DNA of 64,000 bases from Octopus sinensis (taxonomy: Eukaryota): NCBI RefSeq assembly GCF_006345805.1, contig NC_043009.1, positions 47,244,001 to 47,308,000 of the forward strand, in the 5' to 3' direction. How positions within the stretch are numbered: the stretch's first letter is position 1; the number at the start of each line of letters is the position of its first letter. The notes beneath the pieces were generated by a model. It did not search any database. It had not been told where the DNA came from and worked only from the letters and a program-made list of their open reading frames with translations. Positions 14,565-25,554 of this stretch are shown here, one piece after another. Both the position numbers and the translations under genes were made by a program.

Positions 14565-15071
14565 ATGTAATAGTGTATATGTATATAATAGTGTGTATAA
14601 ATATATATATTTATGAAACGTGTATAACTCAGGATGTATTGCTCTTTTGCAGGTTGTCAGTTGAGGCCTTACAGAAAGACTTGGGTGTATTTAAAGCCAA
14701 TGTCAAAAGATTTAGCACCGATATTAACTCTACTGAGGAAAAAAGTAAATACAGTGATTTCATTAAGGTAAGACATGTCTTGCAGAGATTCTATTTCCTG
14801 ATGAATTCCTCAATGAATTTCTAAGATGATTTTCAATGCTTTTCCATGTTTATATAGTATGTACGCATGCAGGTGGCACGTAAAAAGCACCCACTACACT
14901 CACGGAGTGGTTGGCGTTAGGAAGGGCATCCAGCTGTAGAAACATTGCCAGATAAGACTGGAGCCTGGTGCAGATCCCCGGTCACACCGTCCAACCCATG
15001 CTAGCATGGAGAACGGACACTAAACGATGATGATGATGACATACAGACAACACAGTCTCTCTCTCTCTCTT

Positions 15072-15114
<43 letters not shown>

Positions 15115-15672
15115 CTCTTACACTCTCATAGATGAACAGTGTTTTTTGATTTTGTTTAATAATCAATGCGCTAAAAATCTGAGGTTTTATAGATAAGTTA
15201 AGAAGCAAAAAACAAAAATCTAAGTTGTAACAGACTTGAACCCAAGCCGTCACAGTCACAATTACGTACTACAAGCGACATCTCTTTCACATACAAAGTC
15301 AAGAAATCAGTCAGTCAGAGGTTGGTTTTCACGTGATTGTTTCTCCAGAATTTTCCACATTGTTCTATAAATAGTCATAAAAGGCACCAAGTTTCAAATG
15401 ATGTTCAAGTTTAAATACTTTAAGGAAACACTTTGATAGTTTTTAGTGTTTTTGTTTTTAGACTGGAACCAGCAAGGAAAATGTTTCCTATTACAGAATT
15501 CTTTCCCACGGCAAGATTATCAACAATGTAACATAGAGGTTGTCTGTGTTGCTTCTGTTTTACTCGTAAAGATTTCATAAAATCTTTATATAATAATTCT
15601 TTCTAATTTTTGTACAAGATCAGCAATATTGAGGATAGCGAGCAATTTGATTGCATCAACCCAGTACTTATT

Positions 15673-15703
<31 letters not shown>

Positions 15704-17000
15704 AATTATTATATACAGTGCTCAGGTGCACCACAACTTGTCAGAAAGTGCATATAAAGTACATGTAGTAATGTAGAAATGTCTGGAAAGCGAACAATGT
15801 ATGAGTCAGATACATGCTTGTGTGTGTATGGAGGGGAGAAAATCAAGTGTAGTGTTGGCGAATCTCAGGAAGCATGGAAGTTTTGAAGGATGCAGTGCTC
15901 CGACAACTAACATCTGATGCCGGCAGTTTGTTCCATGCTTCAGCAACTCTCAGCGTGAAAAAATGTTTCCTGAAGTCATGGGGGTTCTTTTTTATCAGCC
16001 CCTGAGTGTATGAAGGACAAAGCCAATCTCAGCAGAAATAGAACTCAGAACATGAAGAGTCAGAGGAAATGCCTCTAAAGTGTTTTGATCAGTGTGCTAA
16101 CAATTCTGTAAAAGTGGGGACAGAAGGCAGAAATAAATCAAGAAAGGCAACAATGAAAGCTAAAAGTATATAGGATGAATGGAAAAGTGTTTGAATCTAG
16201 TTTTATGGTACCTCTTATAGCTAAAATAGTCAGACAGCTTCATGGTCCCAGCAGACAAAATGGAAAAGATATTACCCCAGAGGATAGTGAGGAAAATGCA
16301 CTGGAACAGCCACTCTGACACATGTAGCTTACACTTGCAGATAGTTGTCACTGCCTTAGTAGCGGTGAGCAGGAATACGGTCCAGAGTCTGAGAATGCCA
16401 GAGGTCTCCACTGCCACAGGCTCGACCATGAACCTGTCAGTGCTCAATGCTTTGACAGTTTGCTTTTCTCAGCCCAACAAGCAGCACAGCCTAGGCTGGT
16501 AGCTGAACACAGCAAGTTGCTGCTAGAGAAGGTGTCACACAGTATGTGGAATTCAGCTGAGGGTGTGCCTACCATCACAAAACACAAAGAGACAGAAAGT
16601 CCTGTTTGGAGTACAAATATAATACATTTATCTTGGAGGTGACCAATTATCAGACTTGCATTGTTACTGAATTACCATTTTGTAATCTTGCAGGTTTCAT
16701 ATTTCTTGCTTGCTTGACTATTTTTCCTTTTTTGCTTCACTTTCTAGGAAACTTTATTGGAAATAAAAGAAACTGAAGACCAATTTAAAGAAATTGATGA
16801 CAGGATTCAAACGTTAAGGGCTCATTTTTGTGAAAAGAAAAAAGACTTTAAGTTGGAAGAATTCCTCAGCAGTTTCAGCAACTTCCTACAAAGTGCCAAG
16901 CAATGCCAAAAGGTAGATTTCAATTTTCTAGAACAGAAAAGAAAAGAAAATTGTTGACAATTTGGATAGATGAATGGATATGTATGTATGTATGTATGTA

Positions 17001-17031
<31 letters not shown>

Positions 17032-17209
17032 ATGTATGTAACCTTGGTTGTTTTTTTTTTTATCTCATTACACAAAAAATTCTAATATACACATGCTGAC
17101 ATATGACCAACGTTGAACCCCTTATTCGTAAATTCACCAAACCTGGAACTTGACTACGGTCTGTCTATAGCACTTATTCAGCATTACCTGACACCATTAC
17201 CTCTTATAA

Positions 17210-17253
<44 letters not shown>

Positions 17254-20072
17254 CAAAATAGCTAGTTATAAAATCTCAAGAAGTGATAGAGTAGTAACAT
17301 ATACTAAACAGTAAATCAAGTTGCCACGTCAAAGTGGCAGTTGACTGTTACTACCAGTTTAACCCCAGGCAGATTCTCTGCCAGCTGATTTTTTGGTGCA
17401 GAGTGTTGCACTGAAAACCAGCTGGGGAGAATCTGCTTTACTGTTTATATATATATATTGTTATATTTCGGAATGGTCATTTTGCCAGTTTAGCCAATAA
17501 AAACACACGCACTATATATTTGGTGTTACTTTGCTTCAGTGTTATTTATTTTTTACATTAATCTTAATCTTATTTCGGCCAGAGTTCTTTCATCACACTC
17601 CTGTGACCGCATCAGTGGTCCTTTGTTTTCTTCTTTCTTATTTGTGTCTCTCCTTACTAACCGTCAGCCATTTTGTATTTCTATTGTATGTTTTCATTTG
17701 CGCATGCTTATATCTCTATGTGCATCTTTGTTTATTTAGTGTGTGGGGGGGGGGGGGGCTGCCTGAATATTTGTATCTTCTGTTTATATATGTTCATGTA
17801 ATTTGTTTTTGTTGTTTTTGTTTATTCTTATTTTGTTCGTGTGTTTACATCCACTTATTATTATCATTACATATGCTTGTATGTATGTATGTATATATAT
17901 AACAACAATACAAGTAATAATAATAATAATAAATCGAAAAAAAAAATAATATAGTTATTTATTTCTATTTGTTTATTTATCTGTGTATTTATTATGTTTT
18001 CGGGATCCTCTATGGTCATATGTTGTGTGTGCTAGTGTTCCATTCTAGTTTTCTATTCAGGCTAGGTTTAATTTCTATTATGTGTGTAGCTTCTGTAATT
18101 TGTCTGATTGTTGCATCTGTTCTATGTGTGGACAATATTTTAATTTCTATGTTGTTGATTGATCCCCCGTGTCCCTGTCCGGCGTGTTGTTACAGAATCG
18201 ATGAGCTTTTACCTTCCTTGAGTTGTCTCCAATGTTCATTTACCCGCTCTCCTATGCTTCTTGCCGTTTCCCCTACGTATGTCGTTGTCTTGTTACTGCA
18301 TCGTCCCTCTATACATCTTATACTATAGACTACATTTCTGGCTTTACAGTTTGTTTGTGGGCTAAATCTACATACAGTACGGTACTTATCCGTACAGGGG
18401 GTTCTACTAAAAGGATAGGTTCTACCAATTATAGATTTGATAGGGTTGCCTGGCTTTTCAACAACCTTAATCCTTAGCTTAAGTTTGTCTAGGGTCCTTC
18501 TAAAGCAGTACGCCAGTTCACCTCCAGGGGTGGTGTCAACGAACATGACACTCTGGTATTTATGGCTATCATACCAAGAGTTGGCCTTCCCTATTTTCTT
18601 TTTTGTCCTTTCTATAGTGTTCCATGACTTGTTCCTATAGAGTGGGCAAATCCCATTCCTATCATTACATAATATATTATCAAATTTCTTCATGGCTCCT
18701 TTGTATACTCTGATCCTTTCTTTATGGCTGTAACCTGAGAACTGCATGCAGTGAATGAAATATTGTATGTGTCTCTTTAACTCTGTAGGCTCGCACATGC
18801 GTGACACATTTCTCATTATTCTGACGAGGTCTGCCATCAAAATATTGAATTTGGCATTGTCCGCATTGGCTGAGTTCCGGTGGATCAAGTATTTTGAGGC
18901 CATAGGTTTGGCATAGTATGAATGAAGGATTTGGGTTTTATTATTCACAATTTCTAGCCAGAGTTCAGTGTCTAGTACTGGTAGTCTATGGTTGGGGGTG
19001 TTTAGTGGGGTAGTCTATTGTGACCTTAATACTCTGGTGGATGGAGTTTGCTGGATGCTCTCCATAGTATTAGTTTCTATTACTATATCAACAGTACTCT
19101 CTTGTGGGGGTGCCTTTACCACTATGTTGATATCATCAACATAGCGAGAGTACATGTTTACGAGTATGGAGTTCTGTGTTAGGCGTTCTTTAAGCCTTCT
19201 GTCCCACCATACCATGAAAAGGTTGGCCACATCACCAGCGATACATACGCCGATGGCTGCCCCCTCGTCCTGGGCATATATTTTATTGTTAAACTTAAAC
19301 GTGTGGCCTTTTAGGGTAACTCTTATACTAGCTCCTAGTGCATGTGCGATCATTTTCTTTACCTGATGGACATTTGCGGGGGTCCGTATGGCTCTGGTCC
19401 ATCCGCGCCATCTTTCTATATGTGTCTTCCTAGCCATAGAAGTAATTGTGGGCGGTCTACCTCTTAAACATCTACTGGGGCTGAAACTACTAAGATTATG
19501 TTTATGTTTTAAAAAATAAATAACACTGAAGCAAAGTAACACTAAATATATAGTGCGTGTGTTTTTATTGGCTAAACTGGCAAACTGACCATTCCGAAAT
19601 ATAACAATATCTGTTTCAACACATGACTTCACGTAAAAAATCTTGCACAACAAATATATAAACATATATATTACTCTTTTACTTGTTTCAGTCATTTGAC
19701 TGTGGCCATGCTGGAGCACCGCCTTCAGTCGAGCAAATCGACCCCGGGACTTATTCTTTGTAAGACCAGTACTTATTCTATCGGTCTCTTTTGCCGAACC
19801 GCTAAGTGACGGGGACGTAAACACACCAGCATCGATTGTCAAGCAATGCTAGGGGGACAAACACAGACACGCAAACATACACACAAATACATATATATAT
19901 ATATATATATACGACAGGCTTCTTTCAGTTTCCATCCACCAAATCCACTCACAAGGCATTGGTCGGCCCGAGGCTATAGCAGAAGACACTTGCCCAAGAT
20001 GCCACGCAGTGGGACCGAACCCGGAACCATGTGGTTGGTAAGCAAGCTACTTACCACACAGCCACTCCTGCG

Positions 20073-20117
<45 letters not shown>

Positions 20118-23100
20118 ATATAATGAAATAACTGAGTAAGTACTCAGCACTGGAAAGGTGGATAAGCACTTTCTAGAAGTTTTATTACTCCTCTGGTACC
20201 ATAGGTTTCCTCTTGACAGAGATCAGCATTTTCTCAACCACAATTTGGAAGACAAATAACACTCTGCTATTAAACTTGATAAGAGTAGTTTCAGCAAGAG
20301 ACCTTTGGTACTTAAGCAGTATCAAAATTTCTATAAAAAAAAGGCTATGTGTATATATGAAAAATGTTTAATTAAAAATTACTTCATGGAAGATTTAAAT
20401 TTGTTTTTGTTTTTTTCAAGATTTTTTTTTTACATAATTCATCATCATCGTTTAACGTCCGTTCTCCATGCTAGCATGGGTTGGATGGTTCGACTGAGGA
20501 TCTGGGAAGCCAGAAGGCTGCACCAGGCTCCGGTCTTATCTGGCAATGTTTCTACAGCTGGATGCCCTTCCTAACGCCAACCACTCCGTGAGTGTAGTGG
20601 GTGCTTTTTGAGTGCTACCTGCACTGGTGCCAGGCGAGGCTGGCATCGGCCACGGTCGGATTGGTGCATTTTACGTGCCACCTGCACAGAAGCCAGTCGA
20701 GGCGGCACTGGCTTCAGCCACGATTCGGATGGTGCTTTTTACGTGCCACCGACACATTTTATAAAAATTTGTTTCAAATACTGTGATTGCATTAAAGCTT
20801 TTTCTTAAATGTGTGTGTGTGTCACAGAAAATGTGAATTATATAATACATATTGAATTCTAATGCAACAGGTTGTGCATACACTGTACATTGATTTGTGT
20901 GTGCTCATATATCCCGGGTGCAGATTACATTGATAACCAGTTGGAGAAGGCTCCTCCTATGGTTAAAAACGGTAGTAACATTGGATGGCCATATTGATGT
21001 GGTAATAAACATTTTTCTGAGAATAGTCACTACTTTCATCTCTTGCTACTTTGCTTGTTGCAAGATCAGTGACTGATTGTCATTTGGTTTTCTACATATT
21101 GGAATTGGAGCAAATTCCTGCTATTTCTAGTGGCCAGATGTTCAACACAGATGATGGACACAAATAGCCCAAAACCGTTTGGTCTGGTGATTCTGTTGTC
21201 TGCTAGAAGATGATAGGCATTCACTCCCTGCTTGCAATATATACCGGGTACAGATTGCATTATTGATAACCAGCTGGAGGAAGCTCCTCCTGGGGTTAAA
21301 AACGGTAGTAACATTGAAAAACCATATTGATGTGGCAATGAACATTACTTCTCAGTAGAGTTACTACTTTCATCTCTTATAGAGATTTTCTAACTAGCTA
21401 CTTTATATATTACAGAGATGTACTTGCATAGCAAGTGACCTGATCTGAGATCGTGTGCTGGAACAAAAACAATTGCAGCATGGAAGGTGTTTATAAGCCA
21501 TTTAAGAAACACACAAAAACCGTTAGATTCACTTCAACATTTAAATTTAATTTGCCAAAATATTTTCATCGCTTTGAGACCGCGACCTGTTCACTGACAA
21601 CATTCCATACTGCTGTCACAAAGCAACGAAAATATTTTGGCAAATTAAATTTAAATGTTGAAGTGAATCTAACGGTTTTTGTGTGTTTCTTAAATGGCTT
21701 ATAAACACCTTCCACACTGCTATTGTTTACTTTATATATTGACTGGCTTCCATGCTGGTGGCACGTAAAAAGCACCAACCGATCGTGGCACGTAAAAAGC
21801 TCCCACTACACTCATGGAGTGGTTGGTGTTAGGAAGGGCATCCAGCTGTAGAAACTCTGCCAGATCAGACTGGAGCCTGTTGCAGCCTCCTGGCTTCCCA
21901 GACCACAGTCGAACCATTCAACCCATGCTAGCATGGAAAACAGACGTTAAACGATGATGATGATGTCATTTCTTAAATGTGTTCTTGGACAGCTGTAAAT
22001 ATTTGCTGGTGTAAATAAGCCAATGAAATTTAACAATAACCATGTATTAGGTTTAACATTAGGTTTAGTTCCACTTTCTGTCTATTACATATACATTAAT
22101 GTAACTCGTTAACCAAACTCAATTAAAATTGGTATTTCTCAAGGTTACAGTACAACCACCTTTCCATTTCTTATGGAAATCTTTGAAACGTAACCTTAAT
22201 TGTTAACATAGCTAAAATGGTAAATAGTTAAGAGCCCATGTGATTAACAAAGAAATTGTAAACTTGAATTTTACACACTAGTGTAAATAAAAGAATGTTT
22301 ATTTGGCACTGGCCAGATTTGAACTTTGGTGTTTGTACCATTCATTAGTCAATGATTATGAATTACATTTCTGTACCAACATTGGCTGACAATCCTTTCT
22401 TAGCCACTTAACAATGGTCAAGTCACATGGTTGCCACAAAATATTAATATAATAAACAAGTTTACAATCTAAAAGTATTAGTGACCTACAACTCTGAATA
22501 ACCCGACCCTAACCATGGCCATCACTCACGAGTGAGCATATGACTTAGTAGTTATGTACCATTTTACTTTTTATTTAAGCCTTTCACTCCCTTTGGAGCC
22601 CAGACCATCACTGACTTTTCTCTCTGATCCTTGATTCTAGGCTGTTTTTTGTGTCTCTCCAGTTGGACCCCTGCTTTTAAAGCTCTACCTTAAGTATCCC
22701 ACCTCCAGCTATTTTTAGGACCTCCCTTGTGGGTTCCAAGTTAGGGCCTGAGATGTCGTTTCCTCTTTTACTTGTTTCAGTCATTTGACTGTGGCCTGCT
22801 GGAGCACTGCCTTTTAGTTGAGCAAATCGATCCCTGGACTTATTTTTTGTAAGCCTAGTACTTATTTTATCGGTTCTTTTGCTGAACCGCTAATTTACGG
22901 GGACGTGAACACACCAGCATCGGTTGTCAAGCGATGTTGGGGGGACAAACACACACATACATACATACATATATACGACAGGTTTCTTTCAGTTTCCGTC
23001 TACCAAATCCACTCACAAGGCTTTGGTCGGCCTGAGGCTATAGTAGAAGACACTTGCCCTAGGTGCCACACAGTGGGACCTGGAACCATGTGGTTGGTAA

Positions 23101-24910
23101 GCAAGCTACTTACCACACAGCCACTCCTACGTCTTGTTGGTTTATAATCATCAGTGCTTCATTAACTTTTTTTTTATCATTCTTATTATTATGTCATAGG
23201 ATAACAAACAATACAAAATTCGGTTGGAAATGCAACAGAAGAGCCAAAAGAAAAGAGAACAACAAAAACTGATGAACAAAAGAAAAGAATTAAACTCAAA
23301 GACAGAACTAGATGAAAGTAAGTAATTTTGCTGTGTCAGAAAGCAAGTCTTTTTATATTTCTCATTTTATTTTCTTTCTTTTTTTTTTTCGGTCATTGGA
23401 TTGTGGCAATTACTAGAGTGCTTTGAAAGTTTTAAGAGAACAAGTTGACTCAAGCATGTTTTTCATTCTATCAGTCTCTTTTGCCAAATTACAAAATTAT
23501 GGGGATGTAAACAAACAAACAAACAAACATTGGTTGTCAAGTGGTGACGAGGAACACACACACACATAAATATCACATGCTTTCACCCACTTTCTATCCA
23601 AATCCACTCAGGGCATTGGTCAGGTTATAGGTAAGGCGGTGAGCTGGCAGAAACGTTAGCACGTTCAAATTCCGCCGAGGTCAACTTTGCCTTTCATCCT
23701 TTCAGGGTCGATAAATTAAGTACCAGTTACGCACTGGGGTCGATATAATCGACTTAATCCGTTTGTTTGTCCTCTATGTGTGTAGCCCCTTGTGGGCAAT
23801 AAAGAAATATAAATGACACTTTTTTAAGGTACCATGCCTGTGTCTGCTTTCTCTTATGGCTATCATTTATTATACTTCTTTAATTTTAAATCATCATACC
23901 CACTATTGTATGACTTGAGTGAAACTTGTTGGGCAGATTTTCTATAGTTGGATGCCCTTCCTGTCACCAACCTTTACCTGTTTCCAAGCAAGATATTACC
24001 CTATGGCTAGATGTTTTTTACAGAAGATACATGTCTGGCCCAGTTAAGAGAAACCAATATCATAGCTGTGGCCAGTGCTCCCTGACTGGCTCCCATGCTG
24101 GGGGAACGTAAAAAGCACCATTCAAATGTAGTCGATGCTAGGTCCGCCTGATACTTGCCTAAGGTGCCACAAAGTGGGACTGAACCTGAAACCACTTCCT
24201 TAATCACACAGCCATGCCTGCACCTATTTCAATTAACTGCTTTCTTATGTAACTGTCACTTGTTAAAACTTAACCCATATTTTCTATGAAGTCAAGCAAT
24301 GCCACACCTGTTCTTAATATTTCATCATGTGACTTCTTTACTTTTATTAGAAAACTCTTACTTTGTTCCCCACCCCCATCTTGATTAATGGATTAACTGG
24401 AGAGCTGGCAGAATTGTTAGCATACTGGGCAAAATACTTAGAGGTTGACTTTGCCTTTCATCCTTTGAGTCGATAAATTAAGTACAAGTTGCGTACTGGG
24501 GTTGATCTAATCGACTGCCCCCCCCCCACCTACTAGAATAGAAAAAAAGACATCTAGACAAGGCATTGAGCTGCCTGGAACTATAGCAAAAGACACTTAC
24601 CCAAGGCAATGCAGAACTGAACCCAAAGCCCTGTGATTGCAAATTGAGCTTCATAACACTACAGCTTATTTTTATCCTATCTTGTGAAACAAAACCCCTT
24701 TCCTCTCCCTAACAAATTTACTTTCCAGTCACTGCTTTCCGTGTTTCCCTATTTTAGTAGCCACACTATTTCTATTTCAGTTTTATAAATAATAAACGTT
24801 TTTTTTTTCCCTTGTATATTCCAGAAGGCCGCAGACGGCGACGCCACGTTGATGACTCGGACATCATGGGAAGTTTGATAAGTATGATTGCAAATGGTTT
24901 CGTCGAATGA
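1270..24910 (+). CDS. FH2-domain formin (FHDC1/INF-type), 3' part of gene; 5' exons lie upstream of the window
   Basis: Six phase-consistent GT-AG exons: 1270-1527, 3480-3658, 14653-14767, 16748-16912, 23200-23317, 24825-24910 (306 aa visible). FH2 motifs LNAYQGDKENLGNPEKF, GNYMNSGRFAGNAVGFEISSALKL, TKSN..TLLHF, FCEKKKDFKLEEF; ends DDSDIMGSLISMIANGFVE*. Orthologue assignment uncertain. Confidence 0.9.
1930..2520 (-). mobile_element. Decayed CR1/L2-group LINE 3' fragment
   Basis: Remnant FY..YNG..SKELAALLP..HP..IP..SFLPQMSSLWNSL..HVFP. Confidence 0.65.
3480..3658 (+). CDS. formin FH2 exon (GRFAGNAVGF...TLLHFLV)
   Basis: ttccag acceptor, gtaggt donor; continues the GNYMNxG motif; phase 0-2. 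Confidence 0.92.
4075..4254. mobile_element. TTAA (piggyBac-like) MITE
   Basis: TTAA-CCCCTTACCC ... GGGTAAGGGG-TTAA. Confidence 0.88.
4270..5144 (+). mobile_element. Internally deleted mariner
   Basis: HTH region EEHSGRPSTS..TIQEIAHEVGISTGSVHSIL..VSAKFIPK; degenerate TIRs TGCGCT.AAAAAG.AT; catalytic domain largely absent. Confidence 0.85.
6152..6535 (+). mobile_element. tRNA-derived SINE with 12-bp TSD
   Basis: A box TGGCCCAGTGG, B box GGTTTCGATTCCC; TSD ATTCGAACTATC at 6140-6151 and 6536-6547. Confidence 0.92.
6754..12131. repeat. Long inverted repeat, arms 6754-7130 and 11753-12131
   Basis: About 378-bp arms including the same compound microsatellite; two substitutions and repeat-length shifts by eye. 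Confidence 0.95.
8395..11752 (-). mobile_element. CR1/L2-group LINE, near full-length ORF2 (APE + RT) with ORF1 remnant, disrupted
   Basis: APE motifs LTETHL, TYRPP, MGDFNLP, GNTLDL (10814-11590); RT GVPQGTVLGPLLF and YADD (9075-10298); LYSLERRRER and LD.FL..IPDEP C-terminus; (ATCA)n tail; ORF2 split into at least five pieces. Confidence 0.95.
12132..12856 (-). mobile_element. Probable Helitron-like element 5' portion
   Basis: Minus strand starts TCTATTATATATAATT then GC-richer subterminal sequence and (GA)-rich body; no 3' CTAG end found. Confidence 0.4.
14653..14767 (+). CDS. formin FH2 exon (LSVEALQKDL...SDFIK)
   Basis: ttgcag acceptor, gtaaga donor; phase 2-0 fits neighbours. Confidence 0.88.
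15690..15985 (-). mobile_element. CR1-like LINE 3' end with (ATT)n tail
   Basis: HDFRKHFFTLRVAEAWNKLPASDVSCRSTASFK; a decayed plus-strand copy lies at about 61180-61330. Confidence 0.75.
16170..16600 (-). mobile_element. Decayed restriction-like-endonuclease (CRE/NeSL/R2-type) retroelement 3' fragment
   Basis: DTF.SS.L..SA...G.AA..AEKSK.SKH, then FMVEPVAVETSG..WLFQCIFLTILWGN, matching the RLE C-terminal pattern P.A.ET.G..QR.S....RGN. Confidence 0.7.
16748..16912 (+). CDS. formin FH2 exon (ETLLEIKE...FCEKKKDFKLEEF...QCQK)
   Basis: ttctag acceptor, gtagat donor; FH2 C-terminal FCE motif. Confidence 0.9.
17445..19612 (-). mobile_element. Penelope-like retroelement (RT + GIY-YIG), 5'-truncated, with inverted pseudo-LTR piece
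   Basis: RT FKFNNKIYAQDEGAAIG and YSRYVDDI; Cys-rich linker; VVYSIRC..YVGETARSIGERVNEH; after an in-frame stop, RQITEA..PSLNRKLEW; about 110 bp inverted termini. Confidence 0.93.
21481..21714. repeat. Perfect 87-bp inverted repeat
   Basis: 21481-21567 is the exact reverse complement of 21628-21714. Confidence 0.95.
23200..23317 (+). CDS. formin post-FH2 coiled-coil exon (DNKQYKIRLEMQQK...)
   Basis: catag acceptor, gtaagt donor; phase 0-1. Confidence 0.85.
24825..24910 (+). CDS. formin last coding exon (GRRRRRHVDDSDIMGSLISMIANGFVE*)
   Basis: Long pyrimidine tract plus ccag acceptor; phase 1 fits; AATAAA at 25020-25025. Confidence 0.8.
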
Positions 24911-25406
24911 TACCTCTGAAGATTATTACAACCACCACAACCACTACGAGAACCAGTCAACCAGCAAATTCCTGCCAACAGTTTTCCCAGTGAATAATGA
25001 AACAAAAACTTTCAATGTCAATAAAATAACCTGCATTTAATGCTGATTAGTTCACATACTATGTTCGGCTTGACTATTCATTGATGAAAGCTCCAGACCA
25101 ACACATTACAATAACCCTAGAATATGCAGTCTACTAAGGGAGGGAGACAACTTAACCTGAAAACACGTAAGGATAGATAGAAGAGGAAAAAAAAAAATGC
25201 AGAATCACTAAAGTAACTTTATACAGAAGTAAAGCCCAGATATTTACTTCAGAGAAATAATGCAAACATAACAAATCTGAAATTATTTTTTTTTATTACA
25301 AAAACAAGTGAGATAACATCATGTTCGATGTTTTTTTTTTTTTATAATTTTTTTTTAGGAAATAACTTTTGGAAAGAAACGTGTTGATATACATCTTTTT
25401 TTGTCC

Positions 25407-25554
25407 TCAAGGAACATCTTCAGGAGGGACATTTCCTCCTACAGCTAAGCCTGAGCTATCATTACCCTCTTCTTCCTTCTCTCGTTTTGACTTCTTTGCT
25501 TTCTTGTGTTTAGAACGGTGATGTTCATTTGTCTCTTCTTCATCCCGATGTTTC
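25407..25554 (-). CDS. FIP1L1: FIP1L1 last coding exon (KHRDEEE...[14 protein letters not shown]...DVP*)
   Basis: ccgtag acceptor, TGA at 25409-25407; minus-strand AATAAA at 25297-25292. Confidence 0.9.

Noticed and set aside
17531-18328. Hydrophobic 119-123 aa ORFs
   Set aside because: T/G-rich antisense strand of the Penelope 3' region; low complexity.
19015-19842. 275-aa ORF read as one protein
   Set aside because: Chance fusion of SINE sequence, the inverted pLTR and Penelope RT.
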